A DNA stretch of 64,000 nt from an uncultured Veillonellaceae bacterium (GCA_963805085.1 CAWDTA010000002.1:1888001-1952000); one strand, 5' to 3'; positions 49,254 to 60,210 are shown, counted from the stretch's first letter. The notes: generated by a model not told the origin, from the letters alone. A program made the numbers and translations.

Positions 49254-51242
49254 TTGAGTACAATAGATACAAAATCAGTAAATGCAATTCGAATCTTAGC
49301 TGCCGATGCAGTACAAAAAGCAAATTCAGGACATCCAGGATTACCACTTGGCAGTGCAGCAATGGCCTATGAATTATGGGCAAAACACATGAAGCACAAC
49401 CCTAAAAATCCAAAATGGGCCAACAGAGACCGTTTCGTTCTTTCTGGTGGTCATGGATCAACCCTTTTATATTCCCTACTACATTTATTCGGCTACGGTA
49501 ACTTATCCGTAGAAGACTTAGCACAGTTTAGACAAGAAGGTTCCCTAACCCCAGGTCATCCAGAATACGGTCACACCGTTGGTATCGAAGCAACCACCGG
49601 CCCTCTAGGCGCAGGTATGGGCATGGCAGTCGGGATGGCAATGGCAGAAGCACATCTATCCGCTGTATTCAACAAACCAGAATATCCTGTAGTCGACCAC
49701 TATACATACGCATTGGGTGGCGATGGCTGCATGATGGAAGGTATTTCATCCGAAGCCTTCTCACTTGCCGGAACACTAGCATTAGATAAACTCATCGTAC
49801 TATACGATAGCAATAAAATCTCCATCGAAGGCAGTACCGAACTTGCTTTCACCGAAGACGTAGGCAAAAGAATGGAAGCCTTCGGATTCCAAATCCTAAC
49901 CGTAGAAGACGGTAACGACCTAGTCGAAATCGGTAAAGCAATTGAGGCCGCAAAAGCAGAAAAAACAAAACCATCCTTCATTATCGTCAATACACAAATC
50001 GGCTACGGCTGCCCAGCAAAACAAGGCAAAGCCAGCGCACATGGCGAACCACTAGGCGCTGACAACGTAACAGCACTTAAAGAAAACCTCGGTTGGGACA
50101 AACAAGATGCATTCTACGTACCAGACGAAGTATATAAAAACTACAAACAGATTGCTGAACAAAATGCAAAAGTAGAAGAAGAATGGAATGCTCTATTTAC
50201 AAACTACGCAAAAGCATATCCAGAGCAAAAACAATTATGGGACAAATACTATGCAGAAAATCCAGCTAAAGATCTAATCAACGATGAAGCTTTCTGGGCG
50301 TTCCCTGACAAAGCCGATGCTACCAGAAACCTATCTGGTATGGTCATCAACCGCATCAAAGATATTCTGCCAAACTTCATCGGTGGTAGTGCAGACCTTG
50401 CACCATCGAACAAAACCAACATGAAAGATGCAGGCGACTACTCCAAAGAAAACTACGCAGGCAGAAACATTCACTTTGGCGTAAGAGAACTATCAATGGC
50501 GGCTATCGGAAATGGACTAGCCTTACATGGCGGACTAAAAGCTTTCGTAGCAACCTTCTTCGTATTTAGCGACTACGTAAAACCAATGGCAAGACTAAGT
50601 GCGCTTATGGGATTACCATTAACTTTCGTACTAACACATGACAGTATCGGTGTAGGCGAAGACGGACCAACCCACGAACCAATCGAACAACTCGCAATGC
50701 TAAGAGCAATGCCAAACTTCACCGTATTTAGACCAGCCGATGCAACCGAAACAATCGCAGGCTGGTACTATGCAATCACAAATCAAACAACACCAACAGG
50801 ACTCGTACTAACTAGACAAAACCTACCACAACTACAAGGCTCAAGCAAAGAAGCCTTAAAAGGTGGTTATATACTACAAGATGCAAATAAAGCACAGGCC
50901 GATGCCATTATCATTGCAAGTGGTTCCGAAGTAGAACTAGCAGTCAATGCAAAAGCAGAGCTAGCCAAAGAAAACATCGACGTAAGAGTCGTAAGTATGC
51001 CATCAATAGATTTATTTGAGCAGCAATCAGAGGCATACAAAGAAAGTGTATTACCGAAAAGAGTAAGAGCCAGAGTAGCAGTAGAAGCAGGAGCAGACTT
51101 TGGCTGGGGTAAATACATTGGCCTCGATGGTAAAACAGTAACAATGCCAGGCTTCGGCGCATCCGCACCAGCAAGCATATTGTTCAAAAAATTTGGCTTT
51201 ACAACTGAGAATGTTGTAAAAACAGTAAAAGAAGTATTATAA
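49254..51242 (+). CDS. tkt: Transketolase
   Basis: SGHPG, TTGPLG, GDGCMMEG, THDSIGVGEDGPTH. Confidence 0.97.
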   Translation: MSTIDTKSVNAIRILAADAVQKANSGHPGLPLGSAAMAYELWAKHMKHNPKNPKWANRDRFVLSGGHGSTLLYSLLHLFGYGNLSVEDLAQFRQEGSLTPGHPEYGHTVGIEATTGPLGAGMGMAVGMAMAEAHLSAVFNKPEYPVVDHYTYALGGDGCMMEGISSEAFSLAGTLALDKLIVLYDSNKISIEGSTELAFTEDVGKRMEAFGFQILTVEDGNDLVEIGKAIEAAKAEKTKPSFIIVNTQIGYGCPAKQGKASAHGEPLGADNVTALKENLGWDKQDAFYVPDEVYKNYKQIAEQNAKVEEEWNALFTNYAKAYPEQKQLWDKYYAENPAKDLINDEAFWAFPDKADATRNLSGMVINRIKDILPNFIGGSADLAPSNKTNMKDAGDYSKENYAGRNIHFGVRELSMAAIGNGLALHGGLKAFVATFFVFSDYVKPMARLSALMGLPLTFVLTHDSIGVGEDGPTHEPIEQLAMLRAMPNFTVFRPADATETIAGWYYAITNQTTPTGLVLTRQNLPQLQGSSKEALKGGYILQDANKAQADAIIIASGSEVELAVNAKAELAKENIDVRVVSMPSIDLFEQQSEAYKESVLPKRVRARVAVEAGADFGWGKYIGLDGKTVTMPGFGASAPASILFKKFGFTTENVVKTVKEVL

Positions 51243-51255
51243 GAATAAGATAAAT

Positions 51256-51295
51256 GAAAAATGCGCTATCGCGATTTGCGATAGCGCATTTTTGT
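51256..51295. terminator. Bidirectional terminator
   Basis: AAAAATGCGCTATCGC...GCGATAGCGCATTTTT. Confidence 0.9.
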
Positions 51296-51372
51296 GTAAA
51301 AAACTATATAAAATTAAGGTTTAACTAACCATTATTTCCATTAAAAATATGATTTATCCTTCATAAACTTAG

Positions 51373-51413
51373 AATCTATTATTTTAAATCTATTATTTTA
51401 AATCTATTATTTT
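51373..51413. repeat. 14-bp tandem repeat x3
   Basis: AATCTATTATTTTA at 51373, 51387, 51401. Confidence 0.75.
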
Positions 51414-51721
51414 TTCATATTCTTTATTTTCTGTAAGGCTTGATTATAAGCAGCATCACTTACATTAAATATTTTTTGAACATCTTTCCACGTATTAGAT
51501 TTTGTTTTCTTTGCTGCAACTGTAGATATTGAATTACTACTTGCAACTGCGATAGCTCCAGCAGATTGTATATCTGAATCAGAATATCCTTTTGCTTTTA
51601 AGGCATCAATTTCTGATTTTGCCTGACTTTCACTAGAAGATGCAAAAACAACTGCATTGGTATTGAAAAAAGTTACCGTTGCAAAAGACAAAAGCATAGA
51701 AAAACATAATGCTACAACCAT
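51407..51721 (-). CDS. Small exported protein of unknown function
   Basis: Hydrophobic N-terminus ending VFA; upstream in-frame KKINKK and SD GGGAGG. Confidence 0.7.
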   Translation of the reverse strand: MVVALCFSMLLSFATVTFFNTNAVVFASSSESQAKSEIDALKAKGYSDSDIQSAGAIAVASSNSISTVAAKKTKSNTWKDVQKIFNVSDAAYNQALQKIKNMKK

Positions 51722-52317
51722 TTTTTTATTTATTTTTTTACGTAAAACCCTCCCGTATATTATAGATTCATAAGTTTATATACAAAAATGAATGAGTTGT
51801 TTTAAGTGTGTACGAAAGTTAGTAGCAGCGCAAACCGTCACCTTGTCTTATATATTTAGTGTTTGCACTTTTATAGTACTAAAGGACCGCCCCCCTAGTC
51901 TTAATAAAAGCTTAGTGTAACAGTCCATTTAGCTATAATTATTATCAAATTATAAAAACTGGTAGCGTGTTTCATACGATACCAGTTTTTATTACGCTCT
52001 TTCTCATAGGACTATATTACTAATTTAACTAAAAACATTGACAAATAGCAGGAAAATGAAAATTAGTTTAGAATTGTGTCAATATAGTAAATTTTTGCAT
52101 GTATTGTAAAGGATTATGAAGATAAACAAGTTAAAATGAATGGAGTCACTATGCAAAAAAATAAATATGATCTCAGAAAAATTAGTACTATTGTCATTGC
52201 TTCTTTTTTTATGCTGCAATTGGGCAATGGGTTTAAAACAGCGAATCAAGTCTTTGGCTTTCAGATTAATTACCAATATTAAGGATTAAATAGGAAAAAA
52301 CTCATGGAGGAGAAAAA

Positions 52318-55300
52318 ATGATAATGCAAATGACGAAGAATAAAGCGAAAATATTTAGAAAAAAAGTGATTGCCCTACTCACAGCAATCACTTTTACATT
52401 GCAGCCCATGCTGGTATCAGCGGAAGTAATCATCGATAAAAATGCCAGTCCAAATCAGCCGACAGTGCAAACTGCGTCCAATGGTGTACCAATTGTAGAT
52501 ATTGCCACGCCTTCTAACGCAGGGATATCTCACAACTACTATCAACAATTCAATGTCGATAAAATTGGCCTTATTTTTAATAATTCCCAAGGCATAAGTA
52601 AAACCCAGCTAGCTGGCTATATCCTAGGAAACCCAAACTTAGCAAACGGAACGGCTAGGATTATCTTAAATGAAGTAACCAGTACCAATCCCAGCTATTT
52701 AAAAGGGTACAGTGAAGTTGCAGGAAGCAATGCCGAAATCATCATCGCCAACCCCAATGGTATTTATGGAGACGGTTTTGGCTTTATCAATGCAAATCGA
52801 GCAATCCTTACAACTGGAAAACCTATCTTTGGCGGTGATGGCAGCTTAGAAGCCTTCAACGTAAATAGGGGTCAAATACAGATTCAAGGAGCTGGTTTAG
52901 ATGCCAGACAAACCGATCAAGTAGACCTGTTAAGTAAAGCAATTGAAGTCAATGCAGGTATTTGGGCAAAAAATCTCAATGTAATCGCAGGTAGCAATAC
53001 AATTGACCATAACACATTAGCTACGCAAAAAATAGAAACTGATCAGCCGCAAGAGCTAGTCGCTGTTGATGTAGGCGCACTAGGCGGTATGTATGCCAAT
53101 AAAATTAAGCTTATTGGTACAGAAACAGGTGTAGGTGTAAATCTTGGTGGAGATCTTTTAGCACAAAATAATATAGAAGTCAGCTCAGACGGTAACATAA
53201 AGTTACTAGGGAATACCTCTGCTAAAGGAGATATCAACTTAGCTGCCCAAAATGATATTGCGATAAGTGGAATAGTGAGTGCCGAGAAGAATATCAATTT
53301 GAGCAGTCAAGGACAAATCAATAATACTAGTAACCTGATTGCAGGAGAAAACAATACAATTGTAGCAAAATCTCTAATTTCCACTGGTAATATTGGTGCT
53401 GGAATTAGCAGTGATAATACACTAAAAGAAACTGGAAATCTTTCCATTTCCACAGTAGAAACCACTACTTTGCATGGCAATAATATAGCAGGGGGCAATC
53501 TATCCGTGCAAGGTGCCGCAATTGACCTGTCAGGAGCCACGACCACCGCTGGCGGCAATGTCAGTCTCACTGCAACTGCAGGCGATATTAACAATACTGG
53601 AGCTACTTTGCAAACCGATGGGGAGCTGTCAATAAAGGCTGCCCAAACTATAAAAAATGACAAAAATACAAATGGTACTGCTGGGCAAATTACGGCAAAT
53701 GCAGTTAACATTACGGCACAAAACATTAGTAACCGTGGCGGAAGTATGCAGCAGTCTGGTACAGGCGAAACTACTTTGACGGCTGCGAATAGTATAGATA
53801 ATACTGGTGGTATAATTGAAACCAATGGTTCGACTTTAAATATAAATAGTGATTCTATAGACAATACACAAGGGCAAATCCTTTACGCTGGTAGTGGAAA
53901 ACTCACAATGAACACTACAAACGGGATAATAAACAATAGCGGTAAAATAACGACAAATGGGCAATTAGACGTAATTGCTACGAATATAACCAATACAGGC
54001 GGTTCCATCACTACCCAGCAGGATATGAATATAAATAGCACAAGCGTAGTCAATGACCAGGGAACGGTGGTTGCTGGCGGGGCTATTAATGTCAATACCC
54101 AAAGCTTGAGCAATCAACAAGGCGCAGTCCAAGCAGGCAAAAGCCTTACCGTTACTGCACGGAGCATTGCTAACCAGAATGGTAGCATTACCAGTCTGGA
54201 TAATAGTGGACTGGCTATGAATGCGTTGCAAACCATTGATAATACCGCGGGTACGATCGGCGGTAATGGGGATGTGAAATTGACAGCATCTTCGCTCGTG
54301 AATAGCGCAGGCAAGGTACTTGCGAAAAAAGATATCAATGCAAATATTTCAGATAGCCTAGATAATACCAATGGTAAGATTACGGCTGAACAGGATGTCA
54401 ATATTGGAAAAACAGCAGCAACCTCTGTGATAAAAACTTCGCAGGGCAGCATGAGCGCAGGGAATAATCTCTTAGTAAATGCAGCTTCGTTTAATATTGC
54501 TGGCGGCAAATTGGTGGCGAATCGCGATATTAATTTAACAGGTAATAATTTAGTTGGCGCAGGTGTCATCACATCCGGACAGGATATCAACTTCAACCTG
54601 AATGGAGATTTTACATATTCATCTGGAATGAACTTCACCGCCAACCGAGATTTGAATTTTAATGTAGCAAATCTAACGAACTACAGCAAACTGTCTGCTG
54701 TACGCAATCTCAAGGTTTCGGCAACCAATGTTACCAATGGCACTGGTGCTACACTGCAAGGTGGAACAGGGCTAACTATTAGCGCTGCTGGTGATTTAAC
54801 TAACAGTGGTACGGTGCAGAGCAGTGATGTTAATCTATCCGGTAATACGATCACCAATACCGGTGCAGTCTTTGGGGATACGTTGACCGTCACAGCAGAT
54901 ACTGTGCAAAATAACGGTGATAAAGCGGTCATTGCAGCAACAAAAGAAGCGAATTTTTATGCGAAGACATCACTGGAAAATAAAGATGGTGCTTCGATTT
55001 ATAGCAGTGGCAATATAAATATTGCTGGTAGCTCAAAGAAGGATAACAATGGCGAATATGTAGATAAAACCAATACAGTGTTAAATCAATCTGCGACTAT
55101 AGAAGCAGAAAAAGATATCAATATAAGTGCAAATACGTTGACGAATAAGAAACGAGAATTTACTACAGAGCAGCAAGTTGTATCGGATGAGATATATATT
55201 ACTCCAGATGATCATGGTAAAATAGGTTTTTGGCCTAGTACTGGTATAATTTTTAAAAATAGGAATGATGAATATAGTAAGTATATGGTATCAGGATCGT

Positions 55301-58300
55301 TATGGAAAAAGCAAATTGGGACAGGTACTAGTAATCGTGGACAGAGTAGTCCTATAAGTTATCCAATATATGGATATGGGGCAACGTTTCTCGTAGGACA
55401 AACAATAACAGAAACAAAAATTACCAAGGACTCCCCGGAAGGGAAAATTATCTCTGCTCATAACATAAAACTACAAACTGATACTATAACCAATGATAAT
55501 AGTTCAATTTTAGCTGGTGGTAGTCTTAATGCAGTGGGAACGGTTAATAATACAGCAACAGGATATACTCGTGTTACTACGCAGCATTTTGCAGATTTAA
55601 TCAATTATACTGACAAAGGATATAAGAAAAAGACCTATGATGAAAACGCTTATGCACAACTTCCAGGACAAACAGCTATCTTCAGTGGCGGTCAAGCAGT
55701 TAACATCCAAGGGACAAATATTAATAATATCACTACTTCTCCGGTAAATACCCCGACAATTAACAGCAGTGTTCCGATTGAAAATACCCAAACATTGCTG
55801 CCAGTAGCCAAGGATACGAATACGACTTCGGCTAAACAGACGGTTGCTACTCAAATTACACTTCCATCAAATGCGATGTTTAAAATCAATACGGAACCAA
55901 GTGCGCATTATTTGGTAGAAACCGATTCCCGATTTACCAACTATGGAAACTTTGTTTCCAGCGATTATATGCTGGAAAAATTGAATATTGATCCAGCTAA
56001 GACAGCAAAACGTCTAGGTGATGGCTTTTATGAACAAAAATTGGTGCGTGAACAAGTCACCGAACTTACTGGACGATATACATTAAGCGGCTACTCTTCG
56101 GCAGAAGAACAATATAAGGCGCTACTAACCAATGGTGTAACCTATGCAAAAGAGTTCAATCTACAGGTAGGCGTAGCCTTAACTGCCGATCAGATGGCAA
56201 ACCTGACCTCGGATATTGTGTGGCTGATAGAAAAAGAAGTAAATGGGCAGAAGGTACTCGTGCCTCAAGTGTATCTCGCTCCTTCAAAAAATATTGAGCT
56301 TAAGGCTAATGGTGCAGTGATTGCGGCAGATAATGTACAGATTACTGCCAGTGGCGACGTCAAGAATGCTGGGGCGATTAAAGCTACTGAAAGTGTAAAT
56401 ATACAAGCCGTAAATATCGCTAACTATGGCGGCAACATTGATGGCGGCAAGAGCACACAGCTAACTGCGGATAAAAATATCCTTAATATTGGTGGTTCTA
56501 TCAATGGTGATCAGACCCAGGTAACAGCGGGTGGGGATGTTAAAAATGAAACCATATCCTCTACCAGAACTTTACCGTTTATGACACAAACAACCGCTGG
56601 TAATACTGCAAGTATCAATGCAAGAGAGAATCTGACTATTAAAGCAGGGCAAGATATTTCTAACACTGGAGCGCAGATCACTGCGGGAAAAGATGTCACC
56701 ATCACCGCAGATGGAAACTTTACATCTGATAGTGTAAAAGAACAAGAACGCATTTCATTTGAAAAATCATCCTACCTAGACGATAACGTGAACAATGTAG
56801 TTAGTGGTATTCATGGAGGTAACAATGTAAGTATTACTTCTGGGAAAGATACCAATTTACAGGGAGCACAGATTACAGCTGATCATGATCTGACTGTAGC
56901 AGCTGGCGGCAATGTTAATGTCTCTGCGGTGAAAGATGAAGATCATTTTGCTGAAAAGTCATCTAATAGGTTATCTAAAGTAAAATCTTCCTCCAAAGAT
57001 GATGTAAGTAATATCGTAAGCCATATGCAAGGAGGTAACAATGTAAGTATTACCTCGGGTAAAGATACAAATTTACAAGGAGCGCAGGTTACAGCAGGTA
57101 CTGACCTTACTGTGTTGGCCGGTGGTAATATCAATATTTCCGCTGTGAAAGACGAGACAATTTCTGATGAAACAGTTGGAATCAGTCATGGCTGGAAGAG
57201 AACCAGAACGGATGATGAGACCGTTATTGGCAGTACTCTCCAAGGTGGCGGAGCAGTCACAGTGAAGACTACCTCAAAACTTCCCGATGGAACTACGATA
57301 CCTGATGCTGAAAATCGCGGGAATATTACCATTGCAGGCAGTACCATCGAAAGTGATAAGAGTAAGGTAACCATTACAGCAGAGAAAGATCTTACGATAC
57401 AAGAAGTCACAGAAAAACATGAATCCCTAGTACAGACGCATACCAAACATAAGGGAGCTTTTTCTAGTAAGACTACTGATACAATGGATCATTCGTTGAT
57501 TAACGAGGTGAAAGGCAGCACTATCTCTGGCGATGAGGTAGCTGTCTCCTCTGGTAAAGACTTGACAGTGAAAGGCAGTAATGTTGTTGGAACAAAGGAT
57601 GTAACACTTACTGCTTCCGATGATGTCAACATTACCAGTGCCAAAGAAACAGGCAATGATGAACACTATTCCTATACAAAAAAATCTGGTCTTTTCAGCG
57701 GTGGCGGGCTAGGCTTTACCATAGGAACGCAAAGTACGAAAACAACAACCGATGAAAAAACATTAGATCAAGTTGGCAGTACGGTTGGTTCGATTGATGG
57801 AAATGTAACTGTCACTGCTGGTAATAAGGCAAATAGTGCGGGTACGGCATTTGTTACTGGTGAAGATTTAAACATTAAAGGTAAAGACGTTACCATTGAT
57901 AACACGATCAATACGGTTGATAGTCAGACCAAATACGAATTCAAACAAACAGGACTTAGCGTATCCTTAGGTGGCGGTGTTGTCGATACTGGAAAGAGCG
58001 CCTTAAACAATATTGATCGTGCAGGTGAAGTAAAAGACGAACGGCTTAAAACGCTTCACGAATATCAAGCTTATAAAGATATTGAAAAAATCAAAGATGC
58101 CAAGGGAAACTTGAACTCAGGCGTTGCTGTTAGCGTCAGCATCGGCAGCACGAAAATATCATCTGAACAGACTGAGCATGTAGAGACTGTCAATACCTCT
58201 GACATTAGTGCAGGTGGCAATGTAAAAATTAAAGCCACTGACGGCGACTTGAACCTGAAAGGAACGAAAATTGATGCGGTAGATATCACCCTAGATGCGA

Positions 58301-59892
58301 AAAAAGATCTCAATATTGAAGCGGCAGAGAACAAACAGCAGACGACGAGTCATACAAGTTCCTCTTCCTGGTCAGTAGGAGGTTCAGTTGGATTAGCCAA
58401 CAAAGGTGTTAGTTACTTTGGACAGTTTAATTCTGCGAAGGGCAATGAAAATGGAGATGCTACCACGAATACGGAAAGCGTAATTAATGCGAGTGGTACC
58501 TTGACAATGAATTCGGGTAAGGACACTAACATTGATGGTTCTCAGGTAAAAGGAGACAAAATAGTAGCTGATATCAAAGGTGACCTGAACATAGCCAGCA
58601 AGCAGGATACAGATAACTATACAGAGAATAACAAAAGTACAGGATTTGGATTTAGTACTGAGAAAGTAGGAGGAAAACCTCTAGAACCTGGTCAGCAGGG
58701 GCCGATCAATAAAACCACGACGACTACAAACGTAACTGGCTCTTCTAGTAAAGGAGAAACCGATTCTACGTATGCCAGTGTAACAGATCAAGCAGGTATC
58801 TTTGCAGGTAAGGACGGATTTGATATCAATGTAGGCAAAAATACCGATCTAAAAGGTGCGGTCATTTCGAGTGATGCTACGCCAGATAAGAATAAGATCA
58901 GCACAGATACGCTAACTTTCTCCAATATGGAAAACAGGGCGAAATATAACTCAAGTAATACGGGGCGAAGTTATAACACAGATCCTAAGGCTAAATTAAA
59001 TGAACAGGGATTTATTCCTACTGCTAGTATGCCTGTATCTGGCGATGCCAGTAGTACAACGAAGTCCGCAATTTCACTAGGTAAGATTGAGGTGAAGAGT
59101 AATCCAAATCAAGATATTAGCGGACTTAGTAGAGATACTACCAATTCATTGAACGCATTAGGAAAAATATTTGACAAACAAACGGTTAAAGAACGACAGG
59201 AATTAGCAGGTTTATTTGGTCAAGTGGCATTTGAAGAAATTCATAAGTTAAGTGTAAAGAATGGGTGGAAAGATGGAGATCCTCAAAAAGTAGCACTCCA
59301 TGCTCTAGTTGGTGGAATAATGTCTGAGCTTACTGGAAGTGGGTTTATAGCTGGTGCTGAAGGTGCAGGCTTCAATGAACTTGTACAGAAGGAATTGTCG
59401 AAGATCACAGATCCTGCACTCCGTCAGTGGGCTAGTTATATTATAGGATCAGCTACTGGTACAACAGGTCGCATTGTTGCGTTATATGGAACGAAGTATA
59501 ATGATCTTGCTAGTTTAGCATTAGAGATACCAGGAGTGAAAGCGCTTTTAGCGGCAGCAGGAATTGTAATTGTTATAGATGCTGGAGTGCAAGTTTTAAA
59601 GAATGAAGCAGGAGAAGTGATAGCTAGTTGGTCTCCAACAGTAGGTGGCTGGATAGATAGTGCGGGAGATACCATAGATGATTTGGTTTATTGGGCAAAA
59701 CAGTCAGGAAAAGAAAAAGCTAATGATGTTCCATCATGGGCAAAAGGAAATCAGCCAACTGAAGAAGAAAGTGGCAAGGACTTTGCAAAACGTTTAATGG
59801 ATGAAAAGTACGGTGAGGGTAATTATGATAAGGGACCAGGATCTGAATATAATAAAATTAGAAAATGGGGAGATAGAGGGTTTAATAAGTAA
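52318..59892 (+). CDS. CdiA-like filamentous haemagglutinin (TpsA) with C-terminal toxin domain
   Basis: Signal peptide, TPS domain (ILNEV, ANPNGI), FHA repeats, LGDGFYEQKLV region, pre-toxin helices ending TKYN, short divergent C-terminus. Confidence 0.92.
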   Translation: MIMQMTKNKAKIFRKKVIALLTAITFTLQPMLVSAEVIIDKNASPNQPTVQTASNGVPIVDIATPSNAGISHNYYQQFNVDKIGLIFNNSQGISKTQLAGYILGNPNLANGTARIILNEVTSTNPSYLKGYSEVAGSNAEIIIANPNGIYGDGFGFINANRAILTTGKPIFGGDGSLEAFNVNRGQIQIQGAGLDARQTDQVDLLSKAIEVNAGIWAKNLNVIAGSNTIDHNTLATQKIETDQPQELVAVDVGALGGMYANKIKLIGTETGVGVNLGGDLLAQNNIEVSSDGNIKLLGNTSAKGDINLAAQNDIAISGIVSAEKNINLSSQGQINNTSNLIAGENNTIVAKSLISTGNIGAGISSDNTLKETGNLSISTVETTTLHGNNIAGGNLSVQGAAIDLSGATTTAGGNVSLTATAGDINNTGATLQTDGELSIKAAQTIKNDKNTNGTAGQITANAVNITAQNISNRGGSMQQSGTGETTLTAANSIDNTGGIIETNGSTLNINSDSIDNTQGQILYAGSGKLTMNTTNGIINNSGKITTNGQLDVIATNITNTGGSITTQQDMNINSTSVVNDQGTVVAGGAINVNTQSLSNQQGAVQAGKSLTVTARSIANQNGSITSLDNSGLAMNALQTIDNTAGTIGGNGDVKLTASSLVNSAGKVLAKKDINANISDSLDNTNGKITAEQDVNIGKTAATSVIKTSQGSMSAGNNLLVNAASFNIAGGKLVANRDINLTGNNLVGAGVITSGQDINFNLNGDFTYSSGMNFTANRDLNFNVANLTNYSKLSAVRNLKVSATNVTNGTGATLQGGTGLTISAAGDLTNSGTVQSSDVNLSGNTITNTGAVFGDTLTVTADTVQNNGDKAVIAATKEANFYAKTSLENKDGASIYSSGNINIAGSSKKDNNGEYVDKTNTVLNQSATIEAEKDINISANTLTNKKREFTTEQQVVSDEIYITPDDHGKIGFWPSTGIIFKNRNDEYSKYMVSGSLWKKQIGTGTSNRGQSSPISYPIYGYGATFLVGQTITETKITKDSPEGKIISAHNIKLQTDTITNDNSSILAGGSLNAVGTVNNTATGYTRVTTQHFADLINYTDKGYKKKTYDENAYAQLPGQTAIFSGGQAVNIQGTNINNITTSPVNTPTINSSVPIENTQTLLPVAKDTNTTSAKQTVATQITLPSNAMFKINTEPSAHYLVETDSRFTNYGNFVSSDYMLEKLNIDPAKTAKRLGDGFYEQKLVREQVTELTGRYTLSGYSSAEEQYKALLTNGVTYAKEFNLQVGVALTADQMANLTSDIVWLIEKEVNGQKVLVPQVYLAPSKNIELKANGAVIAADNVQITASGDVKNAGAIKATESVNIQAVNIANYGGNIDGGKSTQLTADKNILNIGGSINGDQTQVTAGGDVKNETISSTRTLPFMTQTTAGNTASINARENLTIKAGQDISNTGAQITAGKDVTITADGNFTSDSVKEQERISFEKSSYLDDNVNNVVSGIHGGNNVSITSGKDTNLQGAQITADHDLTVAAGGNVNVSAVKDEDHFAEKSSNRLSKVKSSSKDDVSNIVSHMQGGNNVSITSGKDTNLQGAQVTAGTDLTVLAGGNINISAVKDETISDETVGISHGWKRTRTDDETVIGSTLQGGGAVTVKTTSKLPDGTTIPDAENRGNITIAGSTIESDKSKVTITAEKDLTIQEVTEKHESLVQTHTKHKGAFSSKTTDTMDHSLINEVKGSTISGDEVAVSSGKDLTVKGSNVVGTKDVTLTASDDVNITSAKETGNDEHYSYTKKSGLFSGGGLGFTIGTQSTKTTTDEKTLDQVGSTVGSIDGNVTVTAGNKANSAGTAFVTGEDLNIKGKDVTIDNTINTVDSQTKYEFKQTGLSVSLGGGVVDTGKSALNNIDRAGEVKDERLKTLHEYQAYKDIEKIKDAKGNLNSGVAVSVSIGSTKISSEQTEHVETVNTSDISAGGNVKIKATDGDLNLKGTKIDAVDITLDAKKDLNIEAAENKQQTTSHTSSSSWSVGGSVGLANKGVSYFGQFNSAKGNENGDATTNTESVINASGTLTMNSGKDTNIDGSQVKGDKIVADIKGDLNIASKQDTDNYTENNKSTGFGFSTEKVGGKPLEPGQQGPINKTTTTTNVTGSSSKGETDSTYASVTDQAGIFAGKDGFDINVGKNTDLKGAVISSDATPDKNKISTDTLTFSNMENRAKYNSSNTGRSYNTDPKAKLNEQGFIPTASMPVSGDASSTTKSAISLGKIEVKSNPNQDISGLSRDTTNSLNALGKIFDKQTVKERQELAGLFGQVAFEEIHKLSVKNGWKDGDPQKVALHALVGGIMSELTGSGFIAGAEGAGFNELVQKELSKITDPALRQWASYIIGSATGTTGRIVALYGTKYNDLASLALEIPGVKALLAAAGIVIVIDAGVQVLKNEAGEVIASWSPTVGGWIDSAGDTIDDLVYWAKQSGKEKANDVPSWAKGNQPTEEESGKDFAKRLMDEKYGEGNYDKGPGSEYNKIRKWGDRGFNK

Positions 59893-59907
59893 ATGGAGGT
59901 TTTTGAT

Positions 59908-60144
59908 ATGGGAGTAGTATATATTCTTCAACATAGTTATGAAGTGGGGGAAGATGGACAATTTGATGAGATAAAAATGATAGGAGTTTATTCTTCCAGA
60001 GAAAATGCAGAAAAAACAATAGCTCGTTATAAAATGCTTTCAGGTTTTAAAGATTATCCTACAAGTTGCTTTTATATTAGTAAATATGAAATAGATAAAG
60101 ATCATTGGACAGATGGTTTTATTAAACCTGATGAAGCATTATAG
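59908..60144 (+). CDS. Putative cognate immunity protein
   Basis: Small acidic gene 15 bp after the toxin stop with SD GGAGG; K.IGVYSS...GF...W..GF pattern. Confidence 0.75.
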   Translation: MGVVYILQHSYEVGEDGQFDEIKMIGVYSSRENAEKTIARYKMLSGFKDYPTSCFYISKYEIDKDHWTDGFIKPDEAL

Positions 60145-60170
60145 ATTTGAGTTGTAAGAAGTGATAAAAT

Positions 60171-60210
60171 AAGCGAGGTCAGTGGACGTAAAAATCCGCT
60201 AACCTCGCTT
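60171..60210. terminator. Hairpin terminator, copy 1
   Basis: AAGCGAGGTCAGTGGA...TCCGCTAACCTCGCTT. Confidence 0.75.

Noticed and set aside
56815-57150. Internal ~216-bp duplication in cdiA (GGNNVSITSGKDTNLQGAQ twice)
   Set aside because: Ordinary haemagglutinin repeat expansion.
53043-59675. Many antisense ORFs within cdiA (and within nif, PTS and tkt genes)
   Set aside because: Shadow frames of long genes; no SD or recognisable motifs.
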